Position numbers and translations under genes: made by a program. The notes under the pieces were generated by a model that saw nothing but the letters and a program-made list of their open reading frames with translations, did no database searches and was not told the DNA's origin. A DNA stretch of 64,000 nt from Alphaproteobacteria bacterium (lineage in GTDB: Bacteria; Pseudomonadota; Alphaproteobacteria; UBA828): NCBI GenBank assembly GCA_965214705.1, contig OZ243972.1, positions 3,808,001-3,872,000 of the forward strand. Direction: 5' to 3'. This document shows, in pieces, positions 49,987 to 58,939 of this stretch; positions within the stretch are counted from its first letter, which is position 1; each line of letters starts with the position of its first letter.

Positions 49987-50333
49987 ACCCAGGGCGGGAG
50001 CGGCGTGCCGCCACAGTAGTGGTTCTCAGCCGGGTTCTCGCGGAACACGACGTAGATGTCGGCGGCGTCGACGCCCATCGTATCGTTCAGAATTTCGGCG
50101 ATGGCATCAACCAGCGCCTTCTTGCGTTCGGGCTCGCGGCCTGGCCTCAAGTCGATCTCGACCAGGGGCACGCCATCGCCGATCTCGGCGACCACCTCGC
50201 GCACGGCGACATAGTCGTACTTGGTCTGCTTGGGCGCGAGGGTCTTGAGCACCGCCGCTTTGACTGCGGTGCGGATGGTTTCCTGCGTGCCTGCAGGCGT
50301 ACCGACGGGGACTTCGAGGCTAATGACGGGCAT
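49920..50333 (-). CDS. Tautomerase family protein (Pro-1), C-terminus altered by IS insertion
   Basis: Starts M-P; GREPERKKALV, DIYVVFRE..N; last 21 aa are read from the IS right end. Confidence 0.8.
   Translation of the reverse strand: MPVISLEVPVGTPAGTQETIRTAVKAAVLKTLAPKQTKYDYVAVREVVAEIGDGVPLVEIDLRPGREPERKKALVDAIAEILNDTMGVDAADIYVVFRENPAENHYCGGTPLPPWVSQLPTVESVPCLIMSRSFKAR
49987..49995. repeat. Target-site duplication, right copy (ACCCAGGGC)
   Basis: Identical to 47630-47638. Confidence 0.9.
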
Positions 50334-50386
50334 GGGCGGTGTCTCCTCTCAGATGGCGAACGGCGTGTGGCGGGGCGCCCTGCGGG

Positions 50387-51280
50387 TCACGAATCGCCGG
50401 GTACAGTGCCCTGGGGCAGGCTCTCGATATGGGCGCAGATGTCGCGCGGGCGGGTCAGCCAGATTCGGTCGCGCTGGGGCGCGATGTGCTCGAAGAAACG
50501 GCGCAGGTGGCGTATGCGGTAGGGCCGCCCCATTACGAAGGGATGGAGCGAGACCGGGAACACCAGGGGCTGCCCATCGCTCTGGGCCAGCATCTCGTCG
50601 AAGCCGTCGATCAGCATGTCCACGAACTCGCGGGCGGTGTGGCCGTACCAGACGATGCCGCGGGTGTCGTTGCACTCGACCGGGTAGGGCATTGCCAGGA
50701 TGCGGCCCACGCGCGTCGTCATCCAAATGGGCTGGTCGTCGCAAGTCCAGTCCATGAAGTAGCGATAGCCCGCCTCCTGCAGCAGGTCGGCGGTGACCGC
50801 GCTGTTCGAGAGCCAGGGGCTCATCCAGCCCGAGGGGCGGCTGCCTTCATGTCGCTCGATGGTCTCGGTGACCTCGGCGATCAGTGCAGCCTCGGACGCC
50901 TCGTCGAGGTGCTCCTGCATGTCCGAGTTGGTGATGCCGTGGCCCAGGATCTCGTGACCGCGCTGCCTGAGCGCCTCCGGGATGTCGGGGCAGTGCTCGT
51001 AGACGCCGAGGTTCAACTGGGCTTCGATGGGCACGTCGAAGGCGTCGAACAGCTCGAGCAGGCGCCAGATGCCGACCCTGTTGCCGTAGTCGCGCCATGA
51101 GAAGACGCTGTGGCTGTTGGCCTGATCCGGCGGGGCGATAGCCGCGCCCTTGCCCTCGCCGAAGCTGAACTGCTCGATGTTGACGGCGACGTAGACGGCG
51201 AGACGCGTGCCGTTCGGCCAGTCGTAGACCGGGCGGCTGGTGATGCTGGAGTAGGAGTAGCGGCCGTGGGTGCGAATCAT
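50387..51280 (-). CDS. Polysaccharide deacetylase family (PuuE allantoinase-like) hydrolase
   Basis: WPNG.RLAV, DYGNRVG.WR, HEILGHG, GWMSP, DDQP, LHPF..G.P.R. Confidence 0.88.
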   Translation of the reverse strand: MIRTHGRYSYSSITSRPVYDWPNGTRLAVYVAVNIEQFSFGEGKGAAIAPPDQANSHSVFSWRDYGNRVGIWRLLELFDAFDVPIEAQLNLGVYEHCPDIPEALRQRGHEILGHGITNSDMQEHLDEASEAALIAEVTETIERHEGSRPSGWMSPWLSNSAVTADLLQEAGYRYFMDWTCDDQPIWMTTRVGRILAMPYPVECNDTRGIVWYGHTAREFVDMLIDGFDEMLAQSDGQPLVFPVSLHPFVMGRPYRIRHLRRFFEHIAPQRDRIWLTRPRDICAHIESLPQGTVPGDS

Positions 51281-51324
51281 GACGGCTTGGGTCCCGCGCG
51301 CCGCCCCGGATAATCCCGGCTCAC

Positions 51325-51672
51325 CTAGTCCTGCGCCGTAGCCTTGCCGACCGGATTGAAGTCGTGCTCGCCCACGCCCTGAACTAGGGTGACGCGGCAG
51401 CCTCGGCCGTCCTTGCCGGAGACCCGGTGCGCGGTCATCGGTGGCACGACGCAATGATTGCCGGGCTCAAGCTCGTGACGGGCGCGGGGCGCCCGGGTCT
51501 CGATCACCACCGTGCCTTCGACGCCGACGAACACGTCGGTCACGATTGTGTGGTAATGCCACGGAACCTCCTCGCCCGCGCCGATGGTCATGACCTGGAC
51601 GCGCATGCCGTCGGCCTCGGCGACGATGTCGTGGTCGGTGATCGTATAGGGCAAGTCTTCTAGCGCGGTCAT
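51325..51672 (-). CDS. Small cupin domain protein
   Basis: VPWHYH...D, VPPMTAHRV, QGVG.HDF. Confidence 0.8.
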   Translation of the reverse strand: MTALEDLPYTITDHDIVAEADGMRVQVMTIGAGEEVPWHYHTIVTDVFVGVEGTVVIETRAPRARHELEPGNHCVVPPMTAHRVSGKDGRGCRVTLVQGVGEHDFNPVGKATAQD

Positions 51673-51811
51673 CGCCTGCTCCCATCCAGGCTTTGGCTCG
51701 GACTGATCAAGATAGCGCCTTCGGCTGCGCCTGTGCATGGATTCGCGCGATTTCTCCCGTATCGCAAGTCTCGCTAGCATGGAGTGCTGATAATGTGGGA
51801 AGAGCAGTCGC

Positions 51812-52990
51812 ATGGCAGATGACGCGCATCCCTGCTGGGCGGTCTACGATCTGGGTCGGTTGCGCGCGAACCTCGCTGAGATTCGCCGTCGCATCGGGCC
51901 CGACCAGGCCTGCATCGCCGCGCTCAAGGGCAACGCCTACGGACATGGCGCGGTGCCCGTGGCGCGGGCGCTCGATGGGGAAGGGCTGGCGGCATTCATG
52001 ACCGGTTCTTTCGACGAGGCCTGCCGGCTGCGTGCGGAAGAGCTGCGCACCCCGGTGATCATGTTCGCAGGCGCGTTGCCGACGGGGATGGCCGCTCTCG
52101 TCGGCGCCGGGCTGGTACCGACGGTGGTCGATCGAGCGAGCGCCGAAGCTGCGGCGCGCGCGTCGCCGGCCGGGGACGCGGTTCCGGTCTACGTCAAGGT
52201 CAATGCCGGACTGGGGCGGCTGGGCGTGCCGCTTGAGGCAGCGGCAGTCTTTCTCGCCGAGCTGACTGCTATGCCGGGCCTCGAAGTCCAAGGTCTCTAC
52301 ACGCATCTGCCTTTCGGCGACTCGCAGGGGCGCGACTGGGCCGAGCAGAGGCTCACCGTCTTCGATGCGCTGCTCGCACGCCTCGACGAGCGCGGCCTGA
52401 CGCCGCCAGTCACTCAGGCGCGCGCGAGCGCTTGCGTTGCCGCCGGTCTGTCGGATCTGGCCAATGCGGTTTGCGTCGGCCACCTGCTCTACGGCCTCTC
52501 GCCCTTCGCCGATGACTCGCTCGCGGACCTCTCGGCGTACCGGCCTGTCCTGGCCGAGGTCGGGAGCCGGCTGATACAGGTCTCTGACCACCCGCAAGGC
52601 AGCGATATCGCGATCGGCGGCAGCTACGGCATACAGCATGGCCGACGCACCGGCGTCGCGCCGATCGGTGTCGCTCAAGGTTTGGTTCGACCCGTGCCGG
52701 GCAGCCAGCCGCAGGCGCTGGTACGCGGCTATCGGGCGCCGATCCTCGCGGTATCGCTCGAGCATCTGGTCCTGGATCTCTCCGATGTCGAAGACGCTGC
52801 AGTCGGCGATACGGTCCGGTTGCTCGGCGGCGAAGGCGACGCAGCGATCAGGCTGAACGAGCTCGCCGCGTGGTTCGGGGTGACGCCGCTCGATACGGTG
52901 ATGGCGCTCTCCGACCGACTGCCCGCGAACTATCGCGACGCAGCGGGCGGGGCGGCCGGACCGACTCCGCACCGAAGCGAGGCCCGATGA
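51812..52990 (+). CDS. Alanine racemase-fold PLP enzyme with divergent active site
   Basis: AALKGNAYGHG (PLP Lys), KVNAGLGRLG, GLYTH; canonical VRPG, VSYG, GYADG and CMD motifs altered. Confidence 0.82.
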   Translation: MADDAHPCWAVYDLGRLRANLAEIRRRIGPDQACIAALKGNAYGHGAVPVARALDGEGLAAFMTGSFDEACRLRAEELRTPVIMFAGALPTGMAALVGAGLVPTVVDRASAEAAARASPAGDAVPVYVKVNAGLGRLGVPLEAAAVFLAELTAMPGLEVQGLYTHLPFGDSQGRDWAEQRLTVFDALLARLDERGLTPPVTQARASACVAAGLSDLANAVCVGHLLYGLSPFADDSLADLSAYRPVLAEVGSRLIQVSDHPQGSDIAIGGSYGIQHGRRTGVAPIGVAQGLVRPVPGSQPQALVRGYRAPILAVSLEHLVLDLSDVEDAAVGDTVRLLGGEGDAAIRLNELAAWFGVTPLDTVMALSDRLPANYRDAAGGAAGPTPHRSEAR

Positions 52991-53772
52991 CGAGCCATCC
53001 CGATCTCCCTCGACTGAGCGAGGAGCAGTGCGCCCGCTACCGCGATGACGGCTTCGTGTTCCTGCCAGATCTCGTTTCCAGGGCGGACATCGCCCGGGTG
53101 CGGGACGAGCTCGACGGTCTGCGCCGACTCACCCGCGACGAGGTCATCCTGGAGAATGACGGCCGCACGGTGCGCTCGGTGATGAACCCGCAGGCGTTCA
53201 GTAATCTGTTCGGGCGCTTCGTGCGGCATCCGGCGCTCCTCGGCCCGGTGCGTCAGCTTTTGGAGCGGGAGACCTACCTGTTCCAGTGCGTGATCAACAT
53301 GAAACGCCCGTTCCATGGCGCGGTCTGGCAATGGCACCAGGATTTCCCGACCTATTTCCACGATGACGCGATGCCTGAGCCCCGCCTGGTCAACGCGCTG
53401 GTCTTCATCGACGAGGTGCGCGAGTTCAACGGGCCCCTGATGCTCGTCCCCGCCAGCCACAGGGCACCGGCCTACGAGACCGCCGTGGACGATACGACCA
53501 CGAGCTATCCGCTACGGGCGGCGGATGAGGTGGTTGTTGGCAGGCTCGCGAGCGAGCGGGGGATCGAAGCGCCGAAGGGCGGGCCGGGCTCGGTGATCTT
53601 CGCCCACACCAACATCGTGCACGGCTCGGGGCCGAACATGTCGCCCTGGCCGCGCACGCTCGCCTCGATCACCTACAATGCGATTGACAACAAGCACGGC
53701 CGCTCGCGGCGCCCCGATTGGGTGGTGCGCCGTGACTTCGAGGTTCTTGAACCGGTCACTTCGCCGATCTGA
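52987..53772 (+). CDS. PhyH family Fe(II)/2OG hydroxylase (ectoine/proline hydroxylase-like)
   Basis: WQWHQDF...DDAMPEPR, NGPLM, HGSGPN.SP..R; ATGA overlap with the upstream gene. Confidence 0.85.
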   Translation: MTSHPDLPRLSEEQCARYRDDGFVFLPDLVSRADIARVRDELDGLRRLTRDEVILENDGRTVRSVMNPQAFSNLFGRFVRHPALLGPVRQLLERETYLFQCVINMKRPFHGAVWQWHQDFPTYFHDDAMPEPRLVNALVFIDEVREFNGPLMLVPASHRAPAYETAVDDTTTSYPLRAADEVVVGRLASERGIEAPKGGPGSVIFAHTNIVHGSGPNMSPWPRTLASITYNAIDNKHGRSRRPDWVVRRDFEVLEPVTSPI

Positions 53773-53798
53773 GGAAGACGGTGGCGGTCGCCCAGGTG

Positions 53799-54719
53799 TC
53801 AGGAAGGCAGAGCGTCGATGCAGGTGGGCAGGGCCTCCTCCACCGAAACCGGGCGAATGCCCAGATCGTCCAAGGTGGACGCCTGCTTTCCGATGACATT
53901 GTCTCGCTTCATCAGAGTTACCTGATCGCGAGTGAGCGGCGGGTTGGGGTGCGTTGCCATCGCGGCCGCCAGAAATTCCCACGCAAGGAAGGGGCACGGG
54001 ACCATGAGCGCTCGTCCGGACACCCGGTCGCGCACCAACTGTACCAACTCTCTGTACGCGTAGATCCTTGGCCCCCCGAGCTCGTACACCCCGCCTCGCG
54101 TGGAGGGATCGGCCAGCACCCGTATGCAGGCCTCGGCGACGTTGCCGACGAATACGGGTTGCAGTCTGGTGTTCCCGGTTCCGAACAGGGGCATGATCGG
54201 AGATCGCTGCGTCATGCGAGCGAGCGTGTTGAGGAAGGCATCACCCGGCCCGAATATCACGCTCGGGCGCAAGATCGTGACGTCGTCGAACGCGTCCTTG
54301 ACGAGCGTTTCTCCGATCCCTCGGGCGCGAACGTAGGGTGAGGGCGACCCAGGATCGGCGCCCACTCCCGAGATGTGGACCAACCGCTCGGCCCCCGCCT
54401 GCTTCGCCTGTCGCGCCACATGCAGGGCCCCCTGGCCGTGGACCCTGTCGAATGTCGCGCCACCCTTCTCGACGTAATGACCGACGGTATTGACGACCGA
54501 GGCTGACCCCTCCACGGCACGCGCGACCGTCGCCTCCTTCCAAACATCGGCCTGCACGAGCTCGATCCGGCCGTCCGGGCCAAACCCGGAGAGGAACGAA
54601 GCGCGGTCCGGGTGACGCACGGCCACACGCACACGGTGGCCTGCCTCGACCAGGTGCTTGACGATCTGGCGGCCCAGAAATCCCGATCCTCCGAAGACCG
54701 TTACGGGTTTCGTCTCCAT
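53799..54719 (-). CDS. Complex I NDUFA9-like atypical SDR (NAD-binding)
   Basis: TVFGGSGFLG, RVAVR.P, RPSVIFG..D.F, QPVFV, YELGGP. Confidence 0.85.
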   Translation of the reverse strand: METKPVTVFGGSGFLGRQIVKHLVEAGHRVRVAVRHPDRASFLSGFGPDGRIELVQADVWKEATVARAVEGSASVVNTVGHYVEKGGATFDRVHGQGALHVARQAKQAGAERLVHISGVGADPGSPSPYVRARGIGETLVKDAFDDVTILRPSVIFGPGDAFLNTLARMTQRSPIMPLFGTGNTRLQPVFVGNVAEACIRVLADPSTRGGVYELGGPRIYAYRELVQLVRDRVSGRALMVPCPFLAWEFLAAAMATHPNPPLTRDQVTLMKRDNVIGKQASTLDDLGIRPVSVEEALPTCIDALPS

Positions 54720-54997
54720 CGGTTCGACGCCGCGTTCGTGTTCAGGAGATGGCGCATGGGGGCCGCGTCGTCTCCCGTCGCAGCCTTGCGTGTGTCGCCA
54801 CGGGACAAGGCTATGCCGCCGGCGCCGCGAATCGCAACCAGCGGTGCCCGTCTCGCTTCTGCCTCTCACGCCGCGCACGCCTCGTCTGCCCGCTCTCAGC
54901 CCGCCCGCGATGCTGCCATGACTCGGTGTGGCGTGTCGGTTAGCATCGGCACCGACCCGCGTGGCGGATGGGCGCCGAGCGCGGAAGGGAGGGACCG

Positions 54998-56410
54998 ATG
55001 GAAGGGCAAGCCGCAACCAATCTGAGCCTCGAGCAAATGGATGTGGAGACGACGCTCCACGCCTTCACCCCAATCCACGAGCACGAGAAGTCCGGCCCGC
55101 ATATCATCACAAACGGCGAAGGCATCTACGTCACCGATAACAAGGGTGACACATATATCGATGCGATGGCCTCGCTCTTCTGCGTCAACGCGGGCTACGG
55201 GCGGACCGAAATTGGCGAGGCGATTGCCGATCAGGCCCGGAGCTTCCCCTACTTCCACACCATGGCGGGGCACGCCAACGAGCAGCAGATCAGGCTGAGC
55301 GATCGGCTCATGGATATTCTGCCGGACAACATGAGCCGCATTCTCTACGCAAGCTCGGGCTCGGAGGCGAACGACGCCAACGTCAAGCTCGCCTGGATGT
55401 ATCAGCGCTGCCGCGGCAAACCCGAGAAGCGCAAGATGATCGCGCGGAGCATGGGCTATCACGGCGTGACCGGGATCGCGACCAACCTCTCCGGCCTGCC
55501 GCTCATGCACGAGGCCTTCGGGCTGCCGTTGCCGGGCTTCCTGCACACTGAGAAGGGTCACTACTTCTGGGAGGGCGAGGCCGGCGAAAGCGAGCGGGAT
55601 TTCTCCAAGCGAATGGCCGCCGCCCTGGAGGAGCTGATCATCCAGGAAGGACCGGAGACCGTCTGCGCTTTCATCGCGGAGCCCGTGATGGGGGCCGCCG
55701 CCTGCGTCTCGCCGCCCGAGGGCTACTTCGAGGAGATCCAGGCGGTGCTCAAGCGCCACGACGTGCTCTTCATCGCCGACGAGGTGATTACCGGCTTCGG
55801 CCGGCTGGGCTCATGGTTCGCGACCGAGAAGTACGGGCTTGATCCCGATCTGATCACGCTCTCCAAGGGCATCACCAGCGCCTACGTGCCGCTCTCCGCC
55901 TCGGTAATTTCGGACCGCGTATGGGAGGTGCTGCACGAGGGCTCGAAAGACATCCCGATCTTCGCCCACGGGCACACCGCGAGCGCCCATCCGCTCGCTT
56001 GTGCGGCTGCCAACGCGAACCTCGCGCTGATGGAGCAGGAGGACATGGTGGGGAACGCGGCCTCCACCGGCGCTTACTTCAAGCAGCAGCTCGAGGAGCG
56101 CGTCGGTCCCCACCCGCTGATGGGCGAGATTCGCGGCGACGGCCTGATGCTCGCGATCGAGCTGGTGGCGAACAAGGAGACCAAGGAAGAGCTCAATCTG
56201 GAGTGGGACTGCTCACACCGACTCTTCGATCTCTGTTTGGAGGAGAAGCTGATTACGCGGGGCTTCTTCGGCCACAACTCGACCTCGTTCGCGCCGCCGC
56301 TCTCGATCACGCCGGCTCAGGTGGACGACGTGATCGACCGCTTCTCCCGCGGCCTCGACAAGCTGACGGCAGACCTCAAGTCAGAGTACGGCTTCAGCCC
56401 GGCGGGCTGA
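54998..56410 (+). CDS. Class III aminotransferase (omega-amino acid/polyamine transaminase-like)
   Basis: SGSEAND, YHG, FIAEPVMG, ADEVITGFGR, LSKG. Confidence 0.92.
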   Translation: MEGQAATNLSLEQMDVETTLHAFTPIHEHEKSGPHIITNGEGIYVTDNKGDTYIDAMASLFCVNAGYGRTEIGEAIADQARSFPYFHTMAGHANEQQIRLSDRLMDILPDNMSRILYASSGSEANDANVKLAWMYQRCRGKPEKRKMIARSMGYHGVTGIATNLSGLPLMHEAFGLPLPGFLHTEKGHYFWEGEAGESERDFSKRMAAALEELIIQEGPETVCAFIAEPVMGAAACVSPPEGYFEEIQAVLKRHDVLFIADEVITGFGRLGSWFATEKYGLDPDLITLSKGITSAYVPLSASVISDRVWEVLHEGSKDIPIFAHGHTASAHPLACAAANANLALMEQEDMVGNAASTGAYFKQQLEERVGPHPLMGEIRGDGLMLAIELVANKETKEELNLEWDCSHRLFDLCLEEKLITRGFFGHNSTSFAPPLSITPAQVDDVIDRFSRGLDKLTADLKSEYGFSPAG

Positions 56411-56477
56411 GGAATAACCTTCGGATTTGTCACGACACCTCGCGCCGCTGCGACGGCGGGCGGGCGCGGCACCTCAC

Positions 56478-56506
56478 TTGTGAAATTATGGTGGATTTGC
56501 TATAAG
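56478..56506 (+). promoter_or_regulatory. Putative sigma70 promoter for TA operon, near-leaderless
   Basis: TTGTGA-N17-TATAAG, ending 5 nt before ATG 56512. Confidence 0.55.
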
Positions 56507-56511
56507 GCGGG

Positions 56512-56880
56512 ATGAAGCGCGACACGCTGAGGCCGGTCGAATGGGTCGCTTCGAGTAGGGCGGATTTGAAGGGTTTTCCGGAGGCCGTGCGAGCACGCGT
56601 GGGCTTCGCGATCTACCAGGCCCAGACCGGTCTCCGTCACCGCGACGCGAAGTCGCTCAAAGGCTTCGGCTCTGGCGTTCTGGAGGTGGTCTCACGCTAC
56701 GACGGTGACACATTCAGGGCGGTCTATACGGTCCGTTTCGAGGCGGCGGTCTATGTCCTGCACGCCTTCCAGAAGAAGGCCAAGCGGAGCGTGACAACGC
56801 CGAAACGGGAGCTCGATGTGGTTCGGCAACGGTTACGGGCTGCCGAGCGGCACTACCGAGACACACATGGCGGAGACTAG
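56512..56880 (+). CDS. RelE/ParE superfamily (Gp49-like/HigB-type) toxin
   Basis: W..SSR.DL..FP, K.LKGFG.GVLE, RAVYTV, VLHAFQKK. Confidence 0.88.
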   Translation: MKRDTLRPVEWVASSRADLKGFPEAVRARVGFAIYQAQTGLRHRDAKSLKGFGSGVLEVVSRYDGDTFRAVYTVRFEAAVYVLHAFQKKAKRSVTTPKRELDVVRQRLRAAERHYRDTHGGD

Positions 56881-57223
56881 AACCATGGGCAACCCGGACC
56901 CGACGGTCGAACACGGCAGCGGCAATGTCTTTGCCGACCTGGACTTCCCGGACGCCGATGCGCACTTGTTGAAGGCGGAACTCGTCAGCCGCATCGACGG
57001 AATCGTCCGGCAACACGGCATCACCCAGACCGAGGCCGCTAGACTGTTGGGCCTGTCGCAGCCCGATGTGTCGCGGCTACTGCGCGGTGACTTTCGCGCG
57101 TATTCGCTGGAACGCCTGTTCCGCCTTCTGAATGCGCTCGGACGCGACGTGGACATCGTCATCCGGCAACCGCGTTCGGCCGGCGGCGGCAGGCTCCGAA
57201 TCGCTGCCACCGATATTATCTGA
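56867..57223 (+). CDS. XRE family HTH antitoxin (HigA-type)
   Basis: GSGNVFADL, TQ.EAA.LLG.SQP.VS.L.RG, SLERL. Confidence 0.88.
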   Translation: MAETRTMGNPDPTVEHGSGNVFADLDFPDADAHLLKAELVSRIDGIVRQHGITQTEAARLLGLSQPDVSRLLRGDFRAYSLERLFRLLNALGRDVDIVIRQPRSAGGGRLRIAATDII

Positions 57224-57334
57224 CGACACCATCTCGTCGGCCGCCCGCGGAGTCACAATGAGACGGTTCGTTACCCAAATACTCGAGGATAGGCTCCCAC
57301 GCTGCCGGATAGAGCCGGGCTCGACAGGCGGCCG

Positions 57335-58795
57335 CTAAGCCGCCTGCTTCGACTTGAAGCCGTTCTTCTCGATCCAGCGGGTGGTGTCGTCGAGGGCCAG
57401 GGAGAAACGGCGCATCATCTCCTCGACCTCGGCCTCGGTCATCACCAGCGGCGGGGCGAAGGCGAGGCTGTCGCCGGCGAGCGCGCTTCTGATGATGAGA
57501 CCGTGCTCGCGGGCGCGGTTCACTGCATAGGTCTTGACGCCGAACGCCGGGTCGAAGGAGCGCCGGGTCTCCTTGTCTGCTACCAGCTCGATGGCGCCCA
57601 TCATGCCGACGCCGCGGGTGGTCCCCACCAGCGGGTGATCAGCGAACCCCCGAATGCGCTCCTGCAGTAGTGCGCCAACGCGACGCACGTTGCCGAGCAC
57701 GTCACGCTCCTCCATCAGCTCTTGGCAGCGGAGCGCGACCGCGACCGCCACCGGGTGGCCGGTGGTGGTGAAGGCGTGGGCAAAGAAGCCCAATTTGCGG
57801 CTCTCGGCCAGCATGGCGTCGTAGAGCTTCTGGTTGATCATCACCGCCGAGATCGGCTGATAAGCGCTGGCCAGCCCCTTGGCGAGAGAAAGGCCGTCCG
57901 GCCGGAGGTTGAAAGTCTCCGATCCCAGCCAGCTACCGGTCCTGCCGGAGCCGGTGATGACCTCGTCGGCGAAGAACAGGATCTCGTACTTGTCGAGGAC
58001 CGCCTGCACCTTCTCGAAATAGGTCCGGGGCGGCACGATGCAGCCGCCGCCGCCCATCACAGGCTCGGCGAAGAAGGCGGCGACGGTCTCGGGCCCCTCC
58101 TTTACGATCAGCTCTTCGAGGTTGCTGGCGAGCCTCGAGGCGTAGTCCTCCTCGCTCTCGCCCGGCTCACCGTAACGGTAGAAGTGTGGGCAGTCGGTCT
58201 TGAGGAAGAGGTCGTTGACCGGCAGGTCGAAATCCGTGTGCATCTGCGGGATGCCGGTGACGCTGGCCGCGCCGCAGGTGACGCCGTGGAAGCCCATGAA
58301 GCGGGAGATGATCTTCTTCTTCTCCGGCTTGCCGATGGCGTTGTGGTAGTACCAGGCGAGCTTGACCAGCGTGTCGTTCGCCTCGGAGCCCGAGTTGGCG
58401 AAGAAGACCCGGGCCATGGGCACGTGGGTCGAGCCCTTGAGCCGCTCGGCGAGACGCCCCATGGGCTCGGTCGTTTTGTCGATCAGCGAGTGATAGTAGG
58501 GCAGGGCACGGAACTGCTCGATCGCGGCATCGACCAGCTCGCTTTCGCTGAAGCCGAAGTTGGCGCACCACATGCCGGCGACGCCCTCGATGTAGTCGCG
58601 GCCCTCCTCGTCGATGATGGAGACGCCTTTGCCGCGGGTGACTACCAGCGGCGGGGTCCTCTCCAGCGCGTCGAGATTACCGTAGCCGTGGGCGACGTGA
58701 GCCACGTTGCGCGCGCCGAGTGAATTCGGCTTGCTGATCGGCGCGGCGCTCTCGGTGCCGCCGCTATCGGGTCTGCTGCTGGCATCGTCCATCAC
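57335..58795 (-). CDS. Class III aminotransferase
   Basis: NSGSEAND, FHG, FFAEPVMG, ADEVITG.GRTG, LAKG. Confidence 0.92.
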   Translation of the reverse strand: MMDDASSRPDSGGTESAAPISKPNSLGARNVAHVAHGYGNLDALERTPPLVVTRGKGVSIIDEEGRDYIEGVAGMWCANFGFSESELVDAAIEQFRALPYYHSLIDKTTEPMGRLAERLKGSTHVPMARVFFANSGSEANDTLVKLAWYYHNAIGKPEKKKIISRFMGFHGVTCGAASVTGIPQMHTDFDLPVNDLFLKTDCPHFYRYGEPGESEEDYASRLASNLEELIVKEGPETVAAFFAEPVMGGGGCIVPPRTYFEKVQAVLDKYEILFFADEVITGSGRTGSWLGSETFNLRPDGLSLAKGLASAYQPISAVMINQKLYDAMLAESRKLGFFAHAFTTTGHPVAVAVALRCQELMEERDVLGNVRRVGALLQERIRGFADHPLVGTTRGVGMMGAIELVADKETRRSFDPAFGVKTYAVNRAREHGLIIRSALAGDSLAFAPPLVMTEAEVEEMMRRFSLALDDTTRWIEKNGFKSKQAA

Positions 58796-58939
58796 GGGAC
58801 ATCTCCGTCTCTTGAGGTCGCCGGCGGGAGCGAGCGTCCGGCGAGGTCAGGCGGTTCGAAAGCACCGGGCTGCAAGCCCGGTCAGCGCGACCGCTCCGGC
58901 GCCGGCCGATACTGCGGATGCCGGAGCGATACTGGTTTC

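Noticed and set aside
56432-57230. 8-bp direct repeat ACGACACC on both sides of the RelE/XRE module
   Set aside because: Short enough to arise by chance, and no inverted repeats or transposase support it as a TSD
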